Program-made: the position numbers and the translations under genes
Source of the DNA: an uncultured virus (IMG/VR IMGVR_UViG_3300008110_000016)
Taxonomy: Duplodnaviria > Heunggongvirae > Uroviricota > Caudoviricetes
DNA: 64,000 bases
Strand: one strand, 5' to 3'
Virus record (IMG/VR): IMGVR_UViG_3300008110_000016
The notes under the pieces: model-generated
What the model saw: the letters and a program-made list of their open reading frames with translations, nothing else
Databases searched by the model: none
Told to the model about the DNA's origin: nothing
Shown: positions 37,611 to 48,068 of the stretch, piece by piece
Layout of the letters: each line of letters starts with the position of its first letter
How positions within the stretch are numbered: position 1 is the first letter of the stretch

Positions 37611-40215
37611 TGTTTTACAAACCTTTTCTTCTCAAAGTAAAAGGACAGTTAGCTCCCTTCTTCAGAGTGTAAAGGGAGATAAAACTCAAATATCAACATT
37701 GGTTCAAAACCTTAAAAACTTTGACAACAATGCTAACTATACTCCTTCTTTAGCAATAAATTATTCACTTATGAATGTGGAGTCTGTATTAGAATTTTTT
37801 AGGGATTCTAGCCTAAGAATAAACGAATTCTTTTCGGCAGCGTCTTCTATATCAAATGTTTTGAATTCTATGGTTTCCATATTTTCTTCTGAAGTTCAAA
37901 AATTAGAAAAAGATATATCTTATTTAGAAAATTTTATAGATAATTATCAATTTATAGTTGGTGAAGATGATTTATTTAACTTTAACTATATAGAAAACTT
38001 TGATAATAATATAAATTCTTCTATTAACGAAAACTCAAATATTAAACTAGTTGACAGAGATGGTGTTGATTTCAACGAAAATGGAAACTATAAAATTGAC
38101 ACAGTCTTAAGTAAAATGTCAGTTTCAACTGGGGCAAGTTTTATTAATCCACTTGAAAATATTCAAAGTATTTCTAATACAGATAATAATTATTCACATT
38201 ATATTACAACAGATACTGGTTTTGATTTATTATTTAATGAAGACAAAAAGGACAACTGGTCCGTTACAGTCAAGGCACCGACTTTATTGACAGCTCAGAT
38301 GCCACAGCTTTCTAAATACGTAACATACGACACTTCTTTTATCAGGGGTGCCCAGTCCGTAAATGAAGTTAACTTTTATACTCCAATAGAGATGGACTTT
38401 ATAAGAATAGCGCCCAGTGATGCAAATGGTTTACAGCTTCTTCAGGTTGTTCTAGTTAAAACAGATCCACTTGTTTCTCAAGCTTCTAATTCCGTACAGG
38501 GAGAGTATGTCGATTTTCCAGTACTCCATACCCCTCTTCTTTTGAACAAGTCAGTTGATATTGTTTTTGAAAAATCTAAAGTTAAAAAAATTATATTTAT
38601 ATTCAATCAATCTAAATATATAAGAAGTGAAAATACTCCTATTAAACAAGAAATAAATTCAAAAGTTTTAAGAGACATTGTTAATAAAAAGAAAAATAAT
38701 AGAAAAAACAAATCCCAAACACTGCAGGATATAGTCTATTTCTACTTCAATGGAGCTAACTCTTCACTTACTCCAAGAAAAAATACCACTTTATATTCAG
38801 ATTATTATTCAAATAAGTATCCAAATAGTGAAAACTATAACGAAAAAAACTTTATAGAAAGAATGTATGGATACTCAGATGAAGAAATCAACGCAAAAGT
38901 CTATGATCTGGTTGAAGACAAAAACTCTACTCCAATTGAAAACATCGTGCAAAGCATCGTGCAGCATGCTATAGATTCTAGAAGTAATATCTTCAATACT
39001 AAGATATATAGATCAAGTTCATCTAATGCAAATGAAAATCTTATATCTACCACAAGAACTGATGGATTTATACCAGTAAAAAATGATGAGGAAACCTATT
39101 CTTTAGATTTTCAAAATCAAGATGCGCTTTCACCTGGTCTTTCTTTTGATGATGTTTCAAAATACTTAGAAAATAAAGAAATATCTAATTCATATGAATA
39201 TAGCTTTTCGTTGAGCTCAATTGCTTTTGGGGTAAATACAAACCAAAACCAAAACAAAGCATGCTTTGTCTCAAAGAAAGTTGAGATGGATGGAGCACCC
39301 TTGGGTATTAAGGGTATTGTTAATGTTGTGAGGGAAAGAAGAGACTTGTCTTTTTCTAGATATGATCTTAAAGAAGCTGGCTCTTACGAGTTAAGTGTCT
39401 GTTGGAGTGACGTAATTGATTCAGAAAGATCATGGACGCCATTAATGTCTGAAGTTGACGGAAAGATAGATTCAGAAGTATTATTCTTTGATGGTCTTAA
39501 TTTAGCTCAATTAAGATTTTCTCCAAATCCTGCATCAATTAAGATCTATAAAAATGGAATGTTTGAAAATCCAAATCTATGGAGCTATTCACAGGTAGGA
39601 AACTACATAACATACAATGAGCCAGTTGACAAAAATGCTATCTATGTAGCAGAGTATGAGGTTGACTTAATTAACTATAAGCAAAACATTGTAGATATAG
39701 ACCAAATTTCTAGTTCTAATTTTGCAGTCAGAACCTATGCTGCATCAGGGACTCCTGGAGAAAAGTTTAACGGAACTAGTTCTGGAAACAAGATAACACT
39801 ATCGTATATTCCTTTTATAGAGGACAAGTTTTCAACCGCTGTATATAATAGTTTATATGGTACTATTAACACTACTGAAAACATTGGTTACTCTCCAGTT
39901 ATTGTTACATTAAATAATGGAGATACAGCTGTTAACTTAACTAATTATACAAAAAATAGCTTTGAAAAAGGATCCTTTTATCAGACAGATCAGTATCTGT
40001 TCTTCCAAAACGGTAAAGAGCTTATTTTCAATAAACCAATTGCCGATCAAGTGTCAGTAAAGTATAGTTATATACCATCTTCTTTAAGATTTAGATTAAT
40101 TATAAGAAATAATATTCCAGGTATATATAATGGAATATCAATTGACAATGTTATCTTAAAGTGTAAAGTAAAAAATTTAGATCCATTCTCCGAGAAACTT
40201 TTAAGGTTAAACTAA
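37591..40215 (+). CDS. Virion structural protein (probable GTG start at 37591)
   Basis: Long ORF with an N-terminal coiled coil and beta-rich body. GTG with purine-rich upstream sequence overlaps the end of the previous gene. Confidence 0.6.
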   Translation: MLRQLPDVLQTFSSQSKRTVSSLLQSVKGDKTQISTLVQNLKNFDNNANYTPSLAINYSLMNVESVLEFFRDSSLRINEFFSAASSISNVLNSMVSIFSSEVQKLEKDISYLENFIDNYQFIVGEDDLFNFNYIENFDNNINSSINENSNIKLVDRDGVDFNENGNYKIDTVLSKMSVSTGASFINPLENIQSISNTDNNYSHYITTDTGFDLLFNEDKKDNWSVTVKAPTLLTAQMPQLSKYVTYDTSFIRGAQSVNEVNFYTPIEMDFIRIAPSDANGLQLLQVVLVKTDPLVSQASNSVQGEYVDFPVLHTPLLLNKSVDIVFEKSKVKKIIFIFNQSKYIRSENTPIKQEINSKVLRDIVNKKKNNRKNKSQTLQDIVYFYFNGANSSLTPRKNTTLYSDYYSNKYPNSENYNEKNFIERMYGYSDEEINAKVYDLVEDKNSTPIENIVQSIVQHAIDSRSNIFNTKIYRSSSSNANENLISTTRTDGFIPVKNDEETYSLDFQNQDALSPGLSFDDVSKYLENKEISNSYEYSFSLSSIAFGVNTNQNQNKACFVSKKVEMDGAPLGIKGIVNVVRERRDLSFSRYDLKEAGSYELSVCWSDVIDSERSWTPLMSEVDGKIDSEVLFFDGLNLAQLRFSPNPASIKIYKNGMFENPNLWSYSQVGNYITYNEPVDKNAIYVAEYEVDLINYKQNIVDIDQISSSNFAVRTYAASGTPGEKFNGTSSGNKITLSYIPFIEDKFSTAVYNSLYGTINTTENIGYSPVIVTLNNGDTAVNLTNYTKNSFEKGSFYQTDQYLFFQNGKELIFNKPIADQVSVKYSYIPSSLRFRLIIRNNIPGIYNGISIDNVILKCKVKNLDPFSEKLLRLN

Positions 40216-40216
40216 A

Positions 40217-42458
40217 ATGACTCAATTATCCACAAATACTGTTGTATATGATCAAATAATTTCAAAAGTTTCTAAGTTTATAATTGATTATAGAGAAAAT
40301 AAATTTCCAACAAATAAGAAGTTGTTAGAAGAGTATCAAAATCTAATCTCATTTCTAAATCAAAGAGTTTCGCGGACCAATGACAGAGTTTGTTCCCTAC
40401 ATAAAAGGGGAACCGCCTATTTCAGAAAAGTTTAATAACTTTACATTTAACTATTCAAATGACATAAACGTTATCGCAAAGCAGTTGGACTACATATCTG
40501 CTGGAATAGTTAATTCATTTAACTTATTTACTTCCGAAATAGAACAGGAAAATAAGTTTATTAATAGAATTAAAAGTAAAGTAAAAGTTTTGCAGATGTA
40601 CTCCAGTGGTCCTTCAAATGATCTTTACTATTTTGGAAATTCTTTTGATAGTTCTGACTATATTGATTTTTCAAAGATTCAAAATTCCACACTGATGCCA
40701 CTTATTGAAAGTGGACAAATGTCATTATCTATTGGCCAAGTTAAAAACTGGATGCCAAAGTATGTATCCATAGAAGATGAGTCAAATGGGTACCCAGGAA
40801 ATAATCATGAAGCTTATAGATATAGCGAAACAGATTCTGATTACAGATACTTCTTTAAGGACAATCCTACATCTAGAAACAAAGAAAATGTAAGAGATAA
40901 TAATCCAACTACATTCTTTGAATATGAACAAGTAAACATAAAGAACAAACCTACAACAGCAAAAGATTTTGAATTTAAGTATTTGACATCCACAAGTGGA
41001 TCAACAACAACTACCTATCAAGATTGGTCTTCTTTTTCTGGGTCAAAACTAGTTCTAGCAATGTCAATGGAATCAGATTATGCTCAGCCTGCAAACTTTG
41101 TTAATGTAATTCCTTATTTTGGAAGTGGAAACTTTATATCAAAAGACATAATGGTTTCTAAAATAGAAGTTACTGATGAAAAAAATTCCGTAGAGAATGT
41201 TATATCAAGTCCAATATGGATTAGCTCTAGTTTTATTCCTTCATCTTTAGATAAAGCAAAGTATTTCTATTACAGGGAAGCAAAGATAAGGTTTGAGGAA
41301 AGAAACGTTAAAAAAATAAAGATTGTATTTGAACAGTATGAGTCTGTTGATACAAAAATAAAACACTTATATTACAAACCAGATTCTCAGACAGTTGCTG
41401 GAAACCCATATTATGGGCAAACAAGATTTGATCCAGATAATCCTTCTGTTGTTCAAGATCTTTTGTATCCAGAAATACCTTGGTCATCTAAAATATACGA
41501 TACAAAAGCTCTAGTGCCAAACGTTAATTCTCCAAATTCATTGAAGGCAGAGGTTAATAATACAAACTCTATTGATGTAAGGCTTCAAAGAGAAATCCCA
41601 AACTCAAGAGGTTATTGCGTTGTAGCTAGAGGTTTGGACGGAAGAACTTATAGAATAACAAATAGATTTTTTAATAATTTTAGTCAGATTACATTCAGAC
41701 TACCAAATTATAGTCAAATAAATGACACAAATAGAGCCACATATATATCCGATGCTAATGTTGTCAGTAGCTCTAGAGCTGATTCCTCGCCATATATTAC
41801 GTCTGATGCAACAGATGAGCTTGCGGGATTGGTGGATTCAATTGTCACTTGGTTTAATACCACAAATGCAGATGGAACAAAAGCGCAAAAATACGCCAAG
41901 TTTGGCCTCAATGAGTCTTTTAGTGTTAGAAAAGAAATAACAAATAGTTACGACACAAAAACAGAAACAAGAAACTATAAAGTTAATTTAGTTAGACAAT
42001 ATCAAATCCTCGATGCAGAAAGAAAAGCTATAGGACTTAGAGATGTATCTGTAGGCCTAGAGACTTACGCTGATGCTGCTCAAGTTGTATCTAGAAGATA
42101 CGATGTTCCATCTGAAATAGAATACTTAACGATTTCTGCAGAGTCTTCTTTTTCCGGTTTAATTAGTGCAGATATAAATGAATATATAACATACAGTGTT
42201 TCTTTTGATGATGGAGTAAACTGGGTTCCAATATCTTCTATTGAAAGTCCATTTAATAACACTCCAGAGGTTTTGGCAATTAATCAAAATATAGAAGAAA
42301 GATTTAGACTACCAGGTGTAAGCTATTTATTCCCACCAAAAATACCATCATCAGTAAAGAATTTTATTGTTAAAATAGATATGAAGAAACCATCTTCAAA
42401 GAATGTTACTCCAATATTATATTCCTATAAGGTAGGCGTAAAGGTTAAGCAAGTATGA
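40217..42458 (+). CDS. Virion structural protein (~746 aa with a +1 shift at 40373)
   Basis: ATG one base after the upstream stop; the joined ORF has the same layout as its neighbours. Confidence 0.6.
40373..40376 (+). other. +1 frame-change site CGG-A
   Basis: AGA GTT TCG CGG ACC AAT; skipping the C gives GGA CCA ATG ACA GAG (ATG 40380). Confidence 0.7.
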
Positions 42459-44614
42459 GCATTTCAGAAATACAAAAAAGAAAATTCTTAGAGAACCTAT
42501 ATAGATATCTCTACTCAGGTGGGGTTTCCGAGTCTAGCAACTCTTACAGGCAGCCAAATGATGACGAAATAAAAAAAGAGTTTGACAACTATTTTTCCGT
42601 TAACAGAATAGGTCTTCCATTAAGGAATGACATTAACCTATTTAGAAATACACCAACAACAGATCCTGACCTAATGAACAACTACATGGCAAGATCTATA
42701 TTTAACCTAGATGTATTATATGATTCAATAGATGATAATACAGAAAAGTTGATGGATTCTATATCTTTCTTAAATAAAAGAATAGATTTTTTAAAGCAAA
42801 AAAGAGTTGACCTTGAGAAAAAGATAGATTCTATTTTATTTTCAATGTCAAATACTGATGGTTTCTTCTATTCTTTTTCAGAGTCATTTGTTAATCTAAA
42901 TAATGTTGATTTGTCATTCTCAAACGCTTTCGTAGATACAGAAAACAAAAAAGCAACTCTACCTAAGTTAAAGTCAAACGTTCTAGATTTTAATGCTCCA
43001 GGAAAAATTAACTATTCAAATGTAAAATATAAGATAATGTTTAACGGTAATGCAGCTGTAGATGACAAACAGATGCCAGATGTTAACAATATGTTTGACG
43101 GACTTAATAACACAATGTCAAGCGTTGAGTTCAGCTCTGATGTCATTGGTCCATGCGCTTTGGTATTAAATATTCCTTTAGATGTTCCTTTTGTTGTTTC
43201 AAAAATAGACGGAAGACTGTCAACTAGTTCAGCTGTTACAACTATAGTTGAACTAATAAATCCACAAAATATTAATTCTTCTCAATTTAGAAGAAAGCAA
43301 TCCAACCTAGATTATGATAGATTCTCTTTTGATTTCAACCCACAGCTATCGGGTGTAGTTAGAATTACAATTATTAAATACGAACCAGACTATATAGATC
43401 AAAACAGCGGTAGAAATAAATATAAATACAACTTTACAATAAGAGACTTGATTGTAAGTGGTCAATACTATGATGCAAACGCTACATTAATCAGCTCCCC
43501 TATTTCAATTCCAGCAGGTGATGACAATAAAATAATTGACTCTGTTAGCATTGAAGCTGCTAATGATAACCCAGAAGTTGGAAATATTAATTTCTTTATT
43601 GCAAGAGATGTAGAAGGTGCAAGTTCAATTTCTGACTTTAACTGGATACCAATATCATCTTCTACTGAAAATACAGCAGCATATGATCAAGTAATTTCTT
43701 TTTCTAAATCAAATAAAATATTTAGAAGCATTAAATCAACACCATCTTCAAATGATCTAAAACTCTATCCCCAATCTACTGATTCTAATTTGTCTCTAAA
43801 AAATCCATCAAGTTCTATCTACAATGGGATTTCTGTTTATAGAGTGGCAAAATTAAATGAACAAGAATCTCCATATAATTCATATATTCTAGATTCAGTT
43901 AATGCGTTTAGCTTTAAATACACATCTTACTCAAGTGGTCTTTACTTGGATACTACTAAGTGGTCTTCTATTATAAATAAAACACTTGAAAATGTTCAGG
44001 TTTTTGAGCCAGGAAACATACCAATTACAAATACTCCATCGATACCAATCTCGCTCAATTTAACTGGAATAAGTGGCTTTCTTCAGTCATCTATTTTGGT
44101 AGATGAAGATACAGAAGTAATCAACTTTATATCAAAATCTGACACATCTGTGGACTGGGATTTAGCTGTTTACTTAAACGGTACACTGCTTGTAGATATG
44201 CCAGCAGGAGTTTCTAGAAAAGAAGTTTCCTGGTCATTCAAGAAGGGCGTAAATAATATTACGATTACATTTGATGCAGCGGGGACTTCTTCTGGCTCTA
44301 TATCTTTAATGAGCGGTGTTTCTATTTCTACATACGGAGTGCCTTTTATTAAATATTATTCATATGTAGATCCTTTTGACTTTAGAGTCAATAGAAATGA
44401 AAACGATGCGGTGTTTACAATTGATAACTACTTAGGAAATAATGAAATACTATGTAGGTCTTTAATTAATGATAACTCTAGAATTGTTTTCCAGAGTAAT
44501 TCAATTGATCCAGTTAAAGCAATAAGATTTAGAGCTGATTTTTCAAGATTCTCAAATCCATTTGGTACGCCTTCATTGGGTTCTTTTAGAATTAAATTTA
44601 AAAATAGTATTTAG
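42455..44614 (+). CDS. Virion structural protein
   Basis: 719 aa with ATGA overlap; coiled coil followed by beta-rich domains. Confidence 0.6.
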   Translation: MSISEIQKRKFLENLYRYLYSGGVSESSNSYRQPNDDEIKKEFDNYFSVNRIGLPLRNDINLFRNTPTTDPDLMNNYMARSIFNLDVLYDSIDDNTEKLMDSISFLNKRIDFLKQKRVDLEKKIDSILFSMSNTDGFFYSFSESFVNLNNVDLSFSNAFVDTENKKATLPKLKSNVLDFNAPGKINYSNVKYKIMFNGNAAVDDKQMPDVNNMFDGLNNTMSSVEFSSDVIGPCALVLNIPLDVPFVVSKIDGRLSTSSAVTTIVELINPQNINSSQFRRKQSNLDYDRFSFDFNPQLSGVVRITIIKYEPDYIDQNSGRNKYKYNFTIRDLIVSGQYYDANATLISSPISIPAGDDNKIIDSVSIEAANDNPEVGNINFFIARDVEGASSISDFNWIPISSSTENTAAYDQVISFSKSNKIFRSIKSTPSSNDLKLYPQSTDSNLSLKNPSSSIYNGISVYRVAKLNEQESPYNSYILDSVNAFSFKYTSYSSGLYLDTTKWSSIINKTLENVQVFEPGNIPITNTPSIPISLNLTGISGFLQSSILVDEDTEVINFISKSDTSVDWDLAVYLNGTLLVDMPAGVSRKEVSWSFKKGVNNITITFDAAGTSSGSISLMSGVSISTYGVPFIKYYSYVDPFDFRVNRNENDAVFTIDNYLGNNEILCRSLINDNSRIVFQSNSIDPVKAIRFRADFSRFSNPFGTPSLGSFRIKFKNSI

Positions 44615-44623
44615 GATTTTATT

Positions 44624-45025
44624 ATGGCAAAAGTTTATTTCGAAAGAAAAAGAATAATACAGCCTCTGTATCAGAGATTTCGTAGCACCTTCAGGGGGCC
44701 CAGAAAATCCGAATATGAGAACCTGGAAATGAATAAAATTCTCATCGACATGCATAGGTTGGACGGGTACATACAAGGTATAGACGAGCAGATCTATGAG
44801 CAGCAGAGAATCTTTGTTGGTCAATTGGACCCAGAAAAGGTTCAAATACATGAGGAATATAACGATGGAAAGTACTATATATTTGACGATGTTCAGATTG
44901 AGTACTATAGCGATTCTGCTACTCCAGACTATTTAGAAATAGATACATCAGATACAATTGCATCAAAAATGACTAGACTGTCTAGAAAAATTAAAATGCT
45001 AGAAAAAAGAAGGCTAAACGGATAA
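44624..45025 (+). CDS. Hypothetical coiled-coil protein (structural module)
   Basis: 133 aa; RSTFRGPRKSE resembles RQYNGPVDSA at the start of the next gene. Confidence 0.55.
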   Translation: MAKVYFERKRIIQPLYQRFRSTFRGPRKSEYENLEMNKILIDMHRLDGYIQGIDEQIYEQQRIFVGQLDPEKVQIHEEYNDGKYYIFDDVQIEYYSDSATPDYLEIDTSDTIASKMTRLSRKIKMLEKRRLNG

Positions 45026-45026
45026 A

Positions 45027-46280
45027 ATGTCTGAATTTATATACACACAAAAAAGAACGAGACAATACAATGGCCCAGTAGACAGCGCTGACCATAATGA
45101 AAGAATTGAAGAGAATTATAAAGATTTAGTTTATTTATACAATAAGTATAATGTAACTGACCAAAAGCTTTCTGAGGCATTTCAAAGGGTCTTAAAGGAT
45201 CATATTTTTATTAATCAGTATATTAAAGATATGGACGATAGAATTAAGGCTCTTGAATCAAATGATGATTTAATATCTATCCACAGCTATTCTCAAATAG
45301 ATAACTCCGCTATACCAGACGGCGAGTTTGCCATGCAGGGCGACGAGGTTCTTTCCTATGATCCTATTTACAATATAGTCACACTTCCAAAAATAGACGG
45401 TGCATCACACTCAAAATTAAAGTTCTTTACTGGTACAGATGGTCAGATAATTCCAAACTTTTTTGAAACAAAGATATCAAATACACTGCCTGGAGTCGAT
45501 GTTCAGGGAGCCATTATAGATGGAACAAACGTCTATAATTCAATATTGGATAGATCTGACAAATACTGGAAGCGTAGCATTATCACAGATACTACATCGC
45601 CCTACGGTGCTCAGATGTTTTTGTATGTTAAAGTTCCACTTGAATACACTGGCTCAAAGAAGACTAACTTTATAAAATTAAATCCTTTTCCACTCTTTGG
45701 CGTAGATATTTTGTCCATAGAGTACACCACAATAACAAATCCTACAATGACAGAGTACGATACTTGGTATCCTTTGAATAGAGATAGGTTATATGACGGT
45801 AACACAGATGCTGTAGGAAAGGTTCCACCTGGAGCTTGGACGACAGCTGGTTCTGATTACATTTTAAATTCTGGTCCAATAGGTTTTTATTTCCAGGATT
45901 TAGAAATAACAGCTTTCAGAATAGCTATGAGACAAAAGAACTATCTGATTGAAAATAATAAAAAAGTATATACTTATGGTCTAAGCGACATGGACATCAG
46001 ATATGATAAATTTTTGCCATCTGGTAGAATGATATTTAAATTTGACGCTCCAGAAGGGGATACAATATCTTCTATTACAAACGTCACACCAAAGATCTAC
46101 AATGTATCACCCTCTCTTTTGTCTCAAGCTTTTAGCTATAGAGTAATCTATAGAGATGGTTCAATATACACCCTTGAAAACCCTGGTTCCTCTAATTCCG
46201 TATGGATTGAGGTTACACTAAATCAGCTTTCTGACGGCACTGCTCCAGTTTTGTCTGATTTAGTCGTGAATTATAACTAA
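45027..46280 (+). CDS. Virion structural protein
   Basis: 417 aa, coupled to the upstream stop. Confidence 0.55.
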   Translation: MSEFIYTQKRTRQYNGPVDSADHNERIEENYKDLVYLYNKYNVTDQKLSEAFQRVLKDHIFINQYIKDMDDRIKALESNDDLISIHSYSQIDNSAIPDGEFAMQGDEVLSYDPIYNIVTLPKIDGASHSKLKFFTGTDGQIIPNFFETKISNTLPGVDVQGAIIDGTNVYNSILDRSDKYWKRSIITDTTSPYGAQMFLYVKVPLEYTGSKKTNFIKLNPFPLFGVDILSIEYTTITNPTMTEYDTWYPLNRDRLYDGNTDAVGKVPPGAWTTAGSDYILNSGPIGFYFQDLEITAFRIAMRQKNYLIENNKKVYTYGLSDMDIRYDKFLPSGRMIFKFDAPEGDTISSITNVTPKIYNVSPSLLSQAFSYRVIYRDGSIYTLENPGSSNSVWIEVTLNQLSDGTAPVLSDLVVNYN

Positions 46281-46337
46281 AGATAAACATATTCATAATT
46301 ACTATATAAGCTTAAGAGCTTATCCAAGGAGACTAAA

Positions 46338-46964
46338 ATGGCTACTTTTTACGTAGGACCCCGTCCTGTACTTAAGGGTCAAAACACTGCACAGATGGTT
46401 AATCCATATACCACAATGACCGGCAAGGCCAAAGGTGCAGGGACCTATTCGTACTATCCACTTTACAGCACAAGCCATGTTCTAGATGGTGCGCCAGATA
46501 ATGACCACACCCCTGGTACTGGATACCATCCTGGCAATGTGTTACTTTCGCAAATTTTTAACGGCACTAGCCTTTATATTCACCCACTCGCTGGGACATT
46601 CCCAGACGGTACTGCAACATATGATGGTGCAAGATTCCGTCCAATGGAGTACAAAGGTTTAGCTGGTGCAGCAGCCTTCCCAAGCGGTTTTGGTCACGCA
46701 GACAGAACAAGCGATTACAGCTACAATAACTACATATTTGATGGTGTTAGCTCAGCTAATGTTTTTGCTAATACAGGTCACGCTCCAAGAACAGATGCAC
46801 AGGGAGCACCAGCTTCATTTGGATCTTTCAGACCAGACGAGTATAATGGTCTTGCTAGTGCAAAAGTTTTTACAGATGGCTACGGTCAAGCAAACGTAAC
46901 GGGTGATTATGGTAGAGAGAAAGTGCAAGAGTGGTACGGAGTACCATCTGCAAAAGCTCTCTAA
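46338..46964 (+). CDS. Gly/Tyr-rich protein with internal repeats, probably virion-associated
   Basis: Strong SD AAGGAG at 46326-46331; 208 aa. Confidence 0.6.
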   Translation: MATFYVGPRPVLKGQNTAQMVNPYTTMTGKAKGAGTYSYYPLYSTSHVLDGAPDNDHTPGTGYHPGNVLLSQIFNGTSLYIHPLAGTFPDGTATYDGARFRPMEYKGLAGAAAFPSGFGHADRTSDYSYNNYIFDGVSSANVFANTGHAPRTDAQGAPASFGSFRPDEYNGLASAKVFTDGYGQANVTGDYGREKVQEWYGVPSAKAL

Positions 46965-47217
46965 TTATTTTAGCTCTCCTGTTGAGCTAGAAAAAGATTC
47001 TAGAACAACAGGTTTAATTGGATGGGCAATACTGGCGTCTTTTGTGGTCGCTTATGATATTTATGCAATAAAAAGCAGGAAAGCTGAAACGCTAACAAGA
47101 AGTTTTTGGAGGCTTTCTGAGAATAAAATCTCAAAGTTTCCTGTTCTTGCAGCGTGGGTAATAATAACATTTCACCTTATGCTGGAAAAAGATGTAAGAA
47201 GAAGAATAACTAAATAG
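46903..47217 (+). CDS. Small two-TM membrane protein (start uncertain)
   Basis: Hydrophobic segments GLIGWAILASFVVAYDIYAI and FPVLAAWVIITFHLML; basic C-terminus. Confidence 0.5.
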   Translation: MIMVERKCKSGTEYHLQKLSNYFSSPVELEKDSRTTGLIGWAILASFVVAYDIYAIKSRKAETLTRSFWRLSENKISKFPVLAAWVIITFHLMLEKDVRRRITK

Positions 47218-47246
47218 CCTTCATATATATATTATCGGACTTACGG

Positions 47247-47255
47247 TGGTATACT
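47247..47255 (+). promoter_or_regulatory. Possible extended -10 promoter element (TGgTATACT)
   Basis: TG-n-TATACT in the largest intergenic gap; no clear -35 element. Confidence 0.3.
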
Positions 47256-47279
47256 ATTGTAGGCGGATGAATAGAAATT

Positions 47280-47304
47280 CCCGCTCTTATGAGCGGGTTT
47301 TTCT
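47280..47304 (+). terminator. Rho-independent terminator at the end of the structural module
   Basis: CCCGCTC-TTAT-GAGCGGG perfect 7 bp stem followed by TTTTTCTCTTTT. Confidence 0.8.
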
Positions 47305-47360
47305 CTTTTATAAGCGCTTTTATAGGTTTGAGCAAGTTTAAGTAGAGGTATAAGGGTTAT

Positions 47361-48068
47361 ATGTTAATCGAAGATCTGCAGAAGGTTGTTGACGGCGAAT
47401 CGCTTCCGACCAATGTTGCAGACATGTACTTAAAAATATATGTGTCTGACATAGACTGGAAGCCTCACATTGCAAAGCACTGGTCTAATACAAAGAATAA
47501 AATGTCAGAAGAAGATACAGCTAAAGCACACATAAGAAAATCTATTGCTTGTGCTAGCTTGATTCCAGTATATGACAAAAAAATTATTCCTGATCCACCA
47601 CAAAACTTATTATTCTGGTGTCCTACTTGGTCTCAGTTTAATGAGAGAGATTGGATTGAGTTGTATAAAAGAGTTGTCGAAGACGATATAAAAATCAGAA
47701 ATCATAGGAAGAAACTTTTGTCTTATGGTGTTATAGATTCAATCGACTATTTACCGCTTACTAGACAAGCTTTTAACTGGCTTTATATGAAAGCTGAAGA
47801 AACCAGTGCGGTTACAAAAAACAAAGAAGATCTAATTAAAAAGTTTGAAAACTTAGTTAAAATATACGGTGGCGCAGTTATCTGTAATGTTTTTTCTAAG
47901 CATGAAAACAATATAGCAAAAGTACTTAATTGGAGAAGTGGATATTTTATAGAGAAAGAAATATATAAAATATACACACCAGAACAAATAAGCAAAATAA
48001 AGCAAACGGAAATATCTAAAATAGATCCGAAATACGTAAAGAAACTAACTAAAAACAAGGAGTCATGA
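47361..48068 (+). CDS. Hypothetical protein
   Basis: 235 aa ORF opening the metabolism module. Confidence 0.6.
   Translation: MLIEDLQKVVDGESLPTNVADMYLKIYVSDIDWKPHIAKHWSNTKNKMSEEDTAKAHIRKSIACASLIPVYDKKIIPDPPQNLLFWCPTWSQFNERDWIELYKRVVEDDIKIRNHRKKLLSYGVIDSIDYLPLTRQAFNWLYMKAEETSAVTKNKEDLIKKFENLVKIYGGAVICNVFSKHENNIAKVLNWRSGYFIEKEIYKIYTPEQISKIKQTEISKIDPKYVKKLTKNKES

Noticed and set aside
5863..40380. Introns, inteins or mobile insertions in the gaps between split ORFs
   Set aside because: Each gap is fully coding in the +1 frame and only one extra base is needed; no splice, intein or transposase signatures
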